A stretch of 64,000 bases of DNA, taken from the NCBI GenBank assembly GCA_965219415.1, contig OZ244742.1:928001-992000 (forward strand), in the 5' to 3' direction. Source of the DNA: Candidatus Marinacidobacterales bacterium. GTDB taxonomy: Bacteria; Acidobacteriota; Vicinamibacteria; Marinacidobacterales; DATDRI01. Below the pieces are notes generated by a model. That model saw only the letters and a list, made by a program, of their open reading frames with translations. It ran no database searches and had not been told where the DNA came from. The position numbers were made by a program, and so were the translations under genes. Positions 20,280 to 28,857 of the stretch are shown here, one piece after another (positions within the stretch are counted from its first letter, which is position 1; each line of letters starts with the position of its first letter).

Positions 20280-21077
20280 ATGCCCAAGTTGCGCATCGAC
20301 AGGCTCGTCGTAGAACGCGGACTAGCTCCCACACGGGAAAAGGCGCGGAGGTTGGTTTTAGCTGGGGAAGTCTTGGTAAACGATTCTCCGGTGGCCAAAC
20401 CCGGAACACTAGTCGCCCGAGACGCTGCCACTCGACTCCGCCACCCGCCCTCACCCTACGTGGGCCGAGGAGGCGAAAAACTGGCGGGAGCCCTCGCCGA
20501 CCTGAGGCTGGATGTATCGGGCCTGCACGTTCTCGATGTTGGAGCTTCCACCGGAGGTTTCACCGACTGCCTCCTCCAACGAGGGGTCGCCGATGTCACC
20601 GCGTTGGACGTCGGCAAGGCCCAGCTGGACTGGAAGCTTCGTACCGATTCCCGAGTGAGACTGATGGAAGGCGTCAACGCTCGCAACATCGAACGAAGGG
20701 ATTTCCCCGACCCTTTCGATATGGCAACCATCGACGTCTCGTTCATATCACTCGGCAAAATTCTTCCCGCCGTAGCGAAATTGATAAGGGAGGACGGCCG
20801 GATACTTGCCTTAGTCAAGCCACAGTTCGAGCTCACCAGGGAAGATGTCGAGTCGAGGGGTATCGTGCGAAACCCGGACAATCATCTTCGTGCCATCACC
20901 CAAGTCATGGAGGCGGCGCGAGCCAGTGGGCTGGCGGTCGAGGACGTGGTGGCCTCTCGCCTGCGGGGTGTAGAAGGTAATCGCGAGTTTTTCCTCTCCC
21001 TGCGACCCGGAGCGACAAACGAGGCGAGTTTCGACGAGCTACAAGAGCGGGCGAAACATGCCTGCGAACCGGAGTAG
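20280..21077 (+). CDS. tlyA: TlyA-family rRNA methyltransferase
   Basis: S4 domain, RGGEKL, DVGASTGGFTD, DVSFISL, LVKPQFE, GNREF. Confidence 0.95.
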   Translation: MPKLRIDRLVVERGLAPTREKARRLVLAGEVLVNDSPVAKPGTLVARDAATRLRHPPSPYVGRGGEKLAGALADLRLDVSGLHVLDVGASTGGFTDCLLQRGVADVTALDVGKAQLDWKLRTDSRVRLMEGVNARNIERRDFPDPFDMATIDVSFISLGKILPAVAKLIREDGRILALVKPQFELTREDVESRGIVRNPDNHLRAITQVMEAARASGLAVEDVVASRLRGVEGNREFFLSLRPGATNEASFDELQERAKHACEPE

Positions 21078-21083
21078 ATCATC

Positions 21084-22016
21084 GTGGCGGGAAAACGAGC
21101 GAAAGTGCGGAAAGCGGCGATCATTGCCAAACCTCATATCGACGAAGCGTCTTCCGTCGTTCGCGAGCTTGTCGGCTGGCTCAGGAGCCATCGAGTGGAA
21201 CCGTGTGTGGAGGCAAGAATCGGCGAGCTCTTTGAGGGGCAGTGCCCCAGCTTCGCGTTAACGAAACCGCCACGGGACGTCGACCTCATGATCGTGTTGG
21301 GAGGCGATGGAACCCTCTTGTCGGCAGTGCGAGCGATGGGGGCCCGGCAGATTCCGATCCTGGGCGTCAACTTGGGAAGTCTCGGATTCCTCACCGATGT
21401 GGCCTTGCCCCAGCTTTACCCCGCCCTGGAGTCGATCCTGGCAGGCAATTACTCTATCCAATCGCGAATGATGTTGGATGCGGTGCTCAGCAGAAACGGG
21501 CAGGAGCGCACTCACCAATCGGTTCTCAACGACGTCGTGATCACCAAGGGCGCCATCGCTCGAATCATCGAAGTGAGTGTTCAAATCGACGACCAATCCG
21601 TCGCCCTGGTTCGAGCCGACGGCATCATCGTCTCCACCCCCACCGGCTCCACCGCTTACTCGCTTGCCGCCGGTGGCCCCATCTTGTATCCGGGCCTCGG
21701 CTCCATGCTGCTCACCCCCATATGTCCCCATACTCTGACGTACCGCCCGGTCGTCATATCCGATCGCTCGGCCGTAGAACTGACCCTCAGGGGAGAATCC
21801 GAGGAGGTTTACGCGACCTTCGATGGCCAGGCCGCCGAGCCGATGGAGATCGGTGATACGGTAAGAGTTCGCAAGAGTCGCAATTCGGTAAAGCTGGTGA
21901 GCCTTCCGGACCAGGAATACTTCAAGGTTCTCCGGAACAAGTTGCGATGGGCCGAACGTCCGAGAGCACGGAAGAGACGAAGTCCAGGCTCCCGCAAGAA
22001 ACGACCGCTCCGCTAA
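21084..22016 (+). CDS. nadK: NAD(+) kinase
   Basis: GGDGTLL, GVNLGSLGFL, LNDVV, DG..VSTPTGSTAYSLAAGG. Confidence 0.96.
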   Translation: MAGKRAKVRKAAIIAKPHIDEASSVVRELVGWLRSHRVEPCVEARIGELFEGQCPSFALTKPPRDVDLMIVLGGDGTLLSAVRAMGARQIPILGVNLGSLGFLTDVALPQLYPALESILAGNYSIQSRMMLDAVLSRNGQERTHQSVLNDVVITKGAIARIIEVSVQIDDQSVALVRADGIIVSTPTGSTAYSLAAGGPILYPGLGSMLLTPICPHTLTYRPVVISDRSAVELTLRGESEEVYATFDGQAAEPMEIGDTVRVRKSRNSVKLVSLPDQEYFKVLRNKLRWAERPRARKRRSPGSRKKRPLR

Positions 22017-23530
22017 TGGTAGACGAACGAGACAACAAGACTACCCAGGACGTCGACGTCCAGCAGGATGAGCGCGAGGCTATCCCCCGTCGGCGCATCG
22101 TTATTGTTGGCGCCGGGCAAACCGGCAGAGCCCTGGTCCGTCTCTTGTCGGCCGCCTGGGAAATCGCCATCCTGGACACGGATCAAGAGAAACTGGATAC
22201 GCTTAGGAAAGAGGTTCCCGATCGCCCGCTCAAAATCTACAACAAAGACGGGACCAGCCTCATCAGCCTGCGCGAAGCCGGCGTGGAAGGAGCCGAGTTC
22301 GTTGCCGCCCTAACTGATGTAGACGAAGTGAACATAGAGGCCTGTCGCGTTGCGCTCTCCGTCGAGACACCTCCAACCGCGATTGGGATACTGCGTCAAC
22401 CGAAGGCGATAGAAAAGCTGAAGTCGGTGGGAGCGGTCGCCCTGACACGTCCGGCCGCCATAGCCGGTCTGGTATTCAACCAAATCGAACGAGGACAGCA
22501 AGTAGCGATCAACGTAGGACTCGGGCGCGGCGAGATCGTGGAGATTCCGATCCTACCCACATCCCCGGCGGTGGATGTTCGGGTGGCCGACCTGCGAGCG
22601 GGCCGGTGGTTAGTAGCCGCGATCTACCGCGGCGACAAATTCATGGTTCCTCACGGCAATGTCGTGATCCGGAACGGGGACCGCTTGTTACTTACCGGGG
22701 ATCCAGACATCCTCCCCCATATCGGAGATTACTTGCGGGCCGGCGTCGCTCGATTCCCGTTGCAGTATGGTATTCGAGTGGTAGCCGTGGGCGAGGATCG
22801 ACTGCCCGAAAAGTACCGAAGCGAATTGGAGTACTTCGTGACTCGCACCCGCACGCGAGCTCTTCGCGTTTTGTTACCCCAGAGTGCACCTGGCCCAGAT
22901 GTGAGCCTGGATCGGATCCGAGTCGAGGTCGCGACGTTCTCAGAAAGCGAAGGTGCCGAAGCCGCGATCCGACGTGACCTTCCGTCACTTGACTGCGGAT
23001 GCTTGGTTCTCCGCAAGAAGAAAGCAGGTTGGTTTAGCCGACACGGATTCGTAAGACCGTCCTTTACCAGACTGATGGAGCTAATGCCTTGCCCGATCCT
23101 CCTCGCGGCCGGCACTCACCCTTATCGGCGAATTCTTCTCCCAGTCAGTGATGCGGAGGGATCGCTTCTAGCAGCCGAGCTGGCCATCGATCTCTCTCGT
23201 CAGCTCGATCTTCAAATCACCGCGGTGCTCGTCACTCCACCGAGCTTCATCACCGGCCATGAAGCGGTTGAGGAACAGAAGCGAGCCCTGAAGACGGTCA
23301 TCGACATGGCGTCCCTGTACCACATGAAGATCGAACAGATTCACCGAGAAGGAAACCCGGTGACCGAGATCACCCAGCTGGCCGGCGAGGGAGACTTGCT
23401 GATCGCGTTTCGCCGCGCGCACCGTCGAGCCTCTTTCTTCAATCCCGACACCGGGCTGCACATCATTAATCGCGCGCCCTGCTCCGTGCTCGCTCTTTCC
23501 TATCACGAGAAGGTACATGGGGCGGGATGA
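22016..23530 (+). CDS. TrkA-N/TrkA-C (RCK) + universal-stress-protein fusion
   Basis: GAGQTG Rossmann motif, D..N; RCK-C (VAAIYRG..PHG..IRNGD); C-terminal USP (RILLPV, EGNPV, APCSVL); TAATG overlap with nadK. Confidence 0.85.
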   Translation: MVDERDNKTTQDVDVQQDEREAIPRRRIVIVGAGQTGRALVRLLSAAWEIAILDTDQEKLDTLRKEVPDRPLKIYNKDGTSLISLREAGVEGAEFVAALTDVDEVNIEACRVALSVETPPTAIGILRQPKAIEKLKSVGAVALTRPAAIAGLVFNQIERGQQVAINVGLGRGEIVEIPILPTSPAVDVRVADLRAGRWLVAAIYRGDKFMVPHGNVVIRNGDRLLLTGDPDILPHIGDYLRAGVARFPLQYGIRVVAVGEDRLPEKYRSELEYFVTRTRTRALRVLLPQSAPGPDVSLDRIRVEVATFSESEGAEAAIRRDLPSLDCGCLVLRKKKAGWFSRHGFVRPSFTRLMELMPCPILLAAGTHPYRRILLPVSDAEGSLLAAELAIDLSRQLDLQITAVLVTPPSFITGHEAVEEQKRALKTVIDMASLYHMKIEQIHREGNPVTEITQLAGEGDLLIAFRRAHRRASFFNPDTGLHIINRAPCSVLALSYHEKVHGAG

Positions 23531-23797
23531 CCGGGACGTGGAGCAAGTCGGCGCTACCCGCGGCCGTCAAAATGGCAGACGGCCATACAAACAATTGGGA
23601 CACTACCCGCCGCCTGTGTAGGTAAACTGCCCCACTGCCTGTCACCACAGACTCAGCCCTAGCGACGTTCGGGGCCCCAACCTCGTTTCCGGTCAGTTAC
23701 TTGCCCTGACGCGAGGAGACCCTCAACCCCTCAACCGTTGGTACAGAGATTGCTTTGCATTGGTCCGTGGCCGGTATCAGGCCCCGGGGAGACCAAG

Positions 23798-24246
23798 ATG
23801 TTTCAGAAGAAAGGAGCTCCTGCTCCGTCCCAGGCTTCGCGAAGCGTGTCTGAGCCCACCCGAGCCCAAGACACGGTGATTGCCGCCGGGGTCCAAATAC
23901 GGGGTGACTTCAAAGCGAGGTCCAACGTCGAGCTTCGAGGAACGATAGAGGGGGAGCTTCGAAATAAGCGGTGTCCTCGCGATCCGTGAATCGGGTCGGC
24001 TCATCGGGAGCGTCACCGCGAAGGCTGTCGTTGTCGAGGGTGAGATCGAGGGCGATATCGCGGCAACGGAAAGAGTCGAGATTTCCTCAACAGGTCGGGT
24101 CCGGGGCGATGTCCAGGCGGGGGGCGGTGTCAATCTCGGATGGCGCTTTCCTCCAAGGGAGAGTGCAGATGGCCGACGACGAGTCCGCAGCCGGCAAGAA
24201 TGAGGAGAAGGTGGCCTACGCCGCCACGGGCGCCACGCTTGCGTAA
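23798..24246 (+). pseudogene. bactofilin (polymer-forming cytoskeletal protein), two frameshifts
   Basis: TVIAAGVQIRGD..., VVVEGEIEGDI.A.ERVEI..TG.V.GDV, ISDGAFLQG lie in three frames; extra T near 23958 and extra G in the run at 24119-24124; may be sequencing error. Confidence 0.8.
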
Positions 24247-24290
24247 CCGCTTAGTCCCACACGCTGGCTCCGCGGCCCAAAATGCGGGCT

Positions 24291-24320
24291 TTGACTCAGA
24301 CCGGGTTGGGGAGGTAAAAT
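24291..24320 (+). promoter_or_regulatory. sigma70-type promoter
   Basis: TTGACT-18 bp-TAAAAT upstream of the 24434 gene. Confidence 0.4.
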
Positions 24321-24433
24321 ACCTACAATTAAAGACTTCCGCTCTAACAACTCTTAAATCGTTTTTGCGCAGACCGGCCGAAAGGCCGGAGACCGGAATC
24401 CATATTGTGCGGTCGAGTTTTCAGGAGGGTCAG

Positions 24434-25723
24434 ATGACCACGAGCCCATTGCGTTTCGCTGTCGCACTCAATTGCGCAGCATCGCTGTTGGCGATCGGAA
24501 TTCCCGTGCCTGCCCTATCGCAGAGCTCGCCGATCATGGGGTCGATAACGGGCAAGGTCTTCGATGCAGATAGTCGCACGCCTCTTGGGAACGTCACGGT
24601 TCGGGCATACGCGATAACCCACAACCAACCGCTTGGCGGCTCGATCACCGACCGTCACGGTAGCTTCTTCGTACCGGCTGCCCCAGCCGCTATCTACAGC
24701 TTCACACTCGCTCATCAAGGCGTGGAGTACCCAGTGGCCGAGCGTCTGGATGCACGAGCCGGAATGATTTTCCTTTTGGAGAGCTGCTTCCGCCTCGACA
24801 AGAGCGCCAAGACCGCGCCCGTCATGCCCGGGAACTGCAACTCCGAGCTCCTCGCCCAAGCCCAGGTCGTCACCATCGGGCCGCATCGCTTCCTCACCCA
24901 ACAGTCACCGATCGGCGAGCCTCTCTCTCCGTTTCCAGAGTCGCCTCAAACCAACCTGCCGGACACTCCGTCCGGAGGAGAGGGACCAGAACGACCCGAG
25001 GGGGTCGAATCGGAGCTCGCGCTAGAGCCAGAACCCGAGCCCACAAACGACATGCTCGATCCGACTTCGCCCGACGTGGCTGAGCCCGATGTGCCCCAGA
25101 TGGTGGAGGCCAACCCCAACGGACCTACCATCGAGCATTCGGAGATCGAATGTCTCAATCATGACCAGTTCCCGCATATCGACTCGACGATCACACCCGG
25201 AGAAAACGTCGAAGTCACTCGAGTCTACTTCCGATCCGATAAGTATCCCGATTTTTACTATGTCGAGGCGACGGACCTGGAATTGGAGACCCCCGACCAG
25301 TTCCGGGCCATCCTTCCCAAGCCGAGCCCAGAGACCGAGCGGATCATTTACTACGTCGAGGCGGTCGACCGGTCGTATAACACCGCGCAAACTCCCGAGC
25401 ACGACCCACCCATCAATGACGATGCGTGCGAACGCGATCCTGGCGCTTACTACCAAGAGAACCCTGAGATAGTCGTCGGTGCAACAAGCGCCGGTGCCGC
25501 AGCGGTTCCGCCCGGTTTTCAAGCACTCGGCATCACGAGCTTTATCAGTGCGGCAGGCGTCACCACGGCGGTTACCGCAGCCGCGGTGGGGGGTGGAGCC
25601 GCAGCAGGCGCTGGTCTGACGACCGGGCTGGTTCTCGTAGTGTCGGGAGCAGCCGTGGCGACGGGCGGAACCGTGGTCGTGACCACCGGCGGCGGCGGCG
25701 ACGAGGCTAGTCCACCAGAGTAG
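24434..25723 (+). CDS. secreted protein with carboxypeptidase-regulatory-like domain and Gly/Ala-rich hydrophobic C-terminus
   Basis: GGAGGG RBS; signal peptide; GSITGKVFD...PL.NVTV...TD..G.F; Pro-rich linker; Ig-like YYVEAVD domain. Confidence 0.75.
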   Translation: MTTSPLRFAVALNCAASLLAIGIPVPALSQSSPIMGSITGKVFDADSRTPLGNVTVRAYAITHNQPLGGSITDRHGSFFVPAAPAAIYSFTLAHQGVEYPVAERLDARAGMIFLLESCFRLDKSAKTAPVMPGNCNSELLAQAQVVTIGPHRFLTQQSPIGEPLSPFPESPQTNLPDTPSGGEGPERPEGVESELALEPEPEPTNDMLDPTSPDVAEPDVPQMVEANPNGPTIEHSEIECLNHDQFPHIDSTITPGENVEVTRVYFRSDKYPDFYYVEATDLELETPDQFRAILPKPSPETERIIYYVEAVDRSYNTAQTPEHDPPINDDACERDPGAYYQENPEIVVGATSAGAAAVPPGFQALGITSFISAAGVTTAVTAAAVGGGAAAGAGLTTGLVLVVSGAAVATGGTVVVTTGGGGDEASPPE

Positions 25724-25770
25724 TGTACGAGCCTAGGCAACTCCGCCCCCCTGTGGGAACGGACGAATGG

Positions 25771-27258
25771 CTAGAAGAAGCTTTCCTTGACCACGACGAC
25801 ATCACCTTCCTGAAGGACCACATCCGGATCCTTGCCGGAGAGAATGTCCCCGAGATCTACCTTTAAAATCGTTTCTTCTCCAGTTGGGTCACGCCGTTTG
25901 ATCTGAACGCCCCCTTTCGAGGCTCGATCGTCCAGGCCGCCCGCCCGTGCGATCGCAATCAGAATGGAGGCGCCGTCACCCATCGGCAGCTTGTAGACGC
26001 CGGGGCTCCGTACCGCGCCGAGTACCGAGACGCTTAGCGCTGCCGCCGGCGGAACGCTGACGATGTCTCCCGCCCGCAGCCAAATGTTCCATTGGGGGTC
26101 GCCAAGGATCAAGAGGTCATGCAACGAAACAGAGAGCCGAGCGCTTCGGCCGTCATCCGCTTGGCGGAACACGAAAAGGACGTTGCCCGCCTCACCGCTC
26201 AAACCGCCCGCGTCTGCCAGGATCTGCAATAGGTTTCGCCTGCCCACCAGCGGGCAGGTCGCCGGGTTCTTGATCGCTCCGAGCAGAGATACGTTCTGAG
26301 AGTGAAACTCCTTGACGAAAACGCTGACCTGGGGATTTTGAACAAATCGGTTCCGAAGTCGATCCGCAACACGGTTCGCAACATCGTCCGGAGTCAATCC
26401 TTTGACCGGGATCGAGCCGATGAGAGGAAGCTCCATGTTGCCATCACCCGATACGCGCACGGTTCGATTGAGTTGATCCAACTCGAACACCCGAATCTCT
26501 ATGACATCCTCTGGACCGAGGTGGTACGCGTCTGACGAAAATCCACGTTGGTTGAAGAACAGCTCCGGGTCGATATCCGGGGGTTCGATGTTCAGATTGA
26601 CTGCGGCTTCGTCCTCGTCGACCTCGTCAGCCTCGTCGAGGGTCCTCGTTTCATCGGTGCTGATGTCCTCACTCATCGGCCCGTCGGTAATTTGGCCACT
26701 CGTAACCAGGTCGTCCGCTACCGGCTCCTCGGAGTTCGAGTCGCCCGGGGTCGCAACCGTGGCCGACCCGGCGGCGGGTTCGCCCTCGTCAAACGTCTTG
26801 CGAACGAGATCGACTGTCAGCTGCCGCTCTTCGGCGTGGATGCGGTACTCCACCGCGGCTTTCAGATCGAACGTAAATCGGCCGAACGTCTTTTCGTACT
26901 CGCCCCGAACGTAGGCGCTCATGAGTAGTTCTTGCGAGGAAACACGCTCCAATAGAGGATTGGGATCCAACAGCTCTTCAGCCTCCAGCGGATTCCGAAC
27001 GTTCAGGATATCGAGCACGAGCCGGAGGGGCTCGTCCTGAACATAAACGCGATGCTCCATCGCTCCGTCAGCCTCGAAGATGGCCAATAGGCCTTCCTCG
27101 CTACTCTGTAGCGTCAGCTCGAGGAGGTGCTCTGCTGGCCTCCATTTGATCTCTTTTTCTGATCCGGGCAGCGCGCCAACGACGTGGGTCGGCACCGCCC
27201 AAAGCGCGAGCGTGATGCCCACACGGCTGGCCGTAGAAAAGCTACCGCCTTTTTTCAT
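25771..27258 (-). CDS. polysaccharide export (OPX/Wza-like) protein with N-terminal AMIN-like and SLBB domains
   Basis: PLRLVLDI (AMIN-like); Y.LGPEDVI.I.VF and LPLIG.I...G Poly_export motifs; two SLBB repeats; ends GDVVVVKESFF. Confidence 0.88.
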   Translation of the reverse strand: MKKGGSFSTASRVGITLALWAVPTHVVGALPGSEKEIKWRPAEHLLELTLQSSEEGLLAIFEADGAMEHRVYVQDEPLRLVLDILNVRNPLEAEELLDPNPLLERVSSQELLMSAYVRGEYEKTFGRFTFDLKAAVEYRIHAEERQLTVDLVRKTFDEGEPAAGSATVATPGDSNSEEPVADDLVTSGQITDGPMSEDISTDETRTLDEADEVDEDEAAVNLNIEPPDIDPELFFNQRGFSSDAYHLGPEDVIEIRVFELDQLNRTVRVSGDGNMELPLIGSIPVKGLTPDDVANRVADRLRNRFVQNPQVSVFVKEFHSQNVSLLGAIKNPATCPLVGRRNLLQILADAGGLSGEAGNVLFVFRQADDGRSARLSVSLHDLLILGDPQWNIWLRAGDIVSVPPAAALSVSVLGAVRSPGVYKLPMGDGASILIAIARAGGLDDRASKGGVQIKRRDPTGEETILKVDLGDILSGKDPDVVLQEGDVVVVKESFF

Positions 27259-27365
27259 GACGCCTCGTTAGATTTTGGACTCGGTGAAAACGGTTAACCC
27301 AGTATATCGAGTACTTTGCCGAATGTCAAAGAGCCGTCAGCCGTCCCGGAGCCGAGCTTTTCTGA

Positions 27366-27642
27366 AGTGCGACCTCACTCCTCGTTCGGCCGCTGGCCTC
27401 CGCTCAACAGGCTCGCTGCGGCCGGCGGCGGCGTAGGGACAGCCGTGGGGGACTGCCCAGATCATTCCGGCCGCCAAACGAGGTCGGTGGTATTAATCGA
27501 CTTCGCCAGGCGGCGGGGCCCCGCGGCCTTGATGGATGTTGAAAGATGCGAGCGGAGCGAGCCCGGCCGGAGTCGGCCGACGAAGCGTGCGCCGAGCGAA
27601 GAGCGAGGCGCCAAGCGCGCGAACGTGGAGTGAGCGCGCACT
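27366..27642. repeat. ~277-bp intergenic element with 23-bp imperfect terminal inverted repeats (MITE/REP-like)
   Basis: AGTGCGACCTCACTCCTCGTTCG (27366-27388) versus CGAACGTGGAGTGAGCGCGCACT (27620-27642), 3 mismatches; internal GCGAGCGGAGCGAGCC motif. Confidence 0.5.
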
Positions 27643-27682
27643 GAGTCATAGATGCCCACCCAGTGGTTCGGGCCCCTGGTTG

Positions 27683-28459
27683 CTACCCCTCGAACAGGTG
27701 CTCCTGGCCGGGACCAAAGGCCAAGAGGCCGGTGAACTTGGGTTTGGGGCGGTTGAAGACCGGTGCCTCCCCGTCGAGCGTCCTTACGATGCCGCCCGAA
27801 GCGGCGATGAGTGCCGCGCCCGCGGCCACGTCCCACTCGTGCTTGGGAACCAGTGTCCAGGTCGCGTTCGCTAGCCCTGCAGCCACTCGAGCCAGCTTGT
27901 AGGCCACCGATCCCATCGGTTGAATTGTGAGCCCTCGACCCTCGTAAGCGGCCCATTCCCCTCGCTTGATCTCACTGCGACTCGCCAGCACCAACTGGTC
28001 CTTGAGGGTCCGGCGCACCGGAACCTCCAACGCCTTGCCGTTAAAGCTGATTCCTGTCTCCAACGAACCAAGGAAGACCTCGCCAACAGCGGGATTGCAA
28101 ATTCCCCCCGCGACTGCCCGCCCGTCCTCCACGAGCCCGATCGACACACACCATTCGGGAATTCCCTCGACGAACTCCAACGTTCCGTCGATAGGATCGA
28201 CAATCCACACCCTCCGCCGATCCAGACGGCTGTGCTCATCGGCCGTTTCTTCCGAGAGCCAGCCGTCCCCCTCGCGAGGAAGTGTCTCCAATAGAAACTC
28301 GTTTACCGCACGGTCCGCGGCCGTGACGGGACCACGCTTACCCTTCTGTTGGGTGTCGAATTTGTCAGGCGTAAAAGAACGAGCGATTCGCGCCGACTCA
28401 TCTAGTGCGCTCTTGATGCGCTCGAGATCCTCTCTCCGCGCCTTCAAATCGTTGCTCAC
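27683..28459 (-). CDS. cysQ: 3'(2'),5'-bisphosphate nucleotidase (PAP phosphatase)
   Basis: PVTAAD, LSEE, WIVDPIDGT.EF, GSVAYKL, EWDVAAG; adjacent to sat-cysC. Confidence 0.88.
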   Translation of the reverse strand: MSNDLKARREDLERIKSALDESARIARSFTPDKFDTQQKGKRGPVTAADRAVNEFLLETLPREGDGWLSEETADEHSRLDRRRVWIVDPIDGTLEFVEGIPEWCVSIGLVEDGRAVAGGICNPAVGEVFLGSLETGISFNGKALEVPVRRTLKDQLVLASRSEIKRGEWAAYEGRGLTIQPMGSVAYKLARVAAGLANATWTLVPKHEWDVAAGAALIAASGGIVRTLDGEAPVFNRPKPKFTGLLAFGPGQEHLFEG

Positions 28460-28647
28460 AACAAGGTCACCTGTTCCCTCAGTAAAGTCTCGATTTGCTC
28501 TCGATGAGTGCTGGCAAACCGGATAAGCATTCTAACCTACTCGGCTCATCCAGCCGCCTCGTCCCGCCATCGAACCCGGTTCCGACAACGACGAACGCAC
28601 GGATGGTCGAGCGCGGTTTAAGGAAGAAGAGACCAAGTGGGGACAAC

Positions 28648-28684
28648 GCTTGGAGGGACGGCACAACGCGCCGCCCCTCCAAGC
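28648..28684 (-). terminator. GC-rich hairpin downstream of sat-cysC
   Basis: GCTTGGAGGGACGGC-7 nt-GCCGCCCCTCCAAGC, 15-bp stem with one mismatch; no clear U-tract. Confidence 0.35.
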
Positions 28685-28857
28685 CCTGGGTTGGGAAAAT
28701 GCTCAGAAGGAGCCACCCCGTACTCCCCGCTCGGGGAGCCCGGACTCGAGCGACCCGAACTTCAGCTGGGCCGCGAAAATTGTTGCTTGCTTAGCTGTCG
28801 ATAGTACGGGAAAAACGCTTGAATGGCAACCCAATTGGGCGCGAGTTCGTTTGAGGC

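Noticed and set aside
28460-28857. Small gene or ncRNA between cysQ and sat-cysC
   Set aside because: Only short unconvincing ORFs and two hairpins; no recognised RNA family
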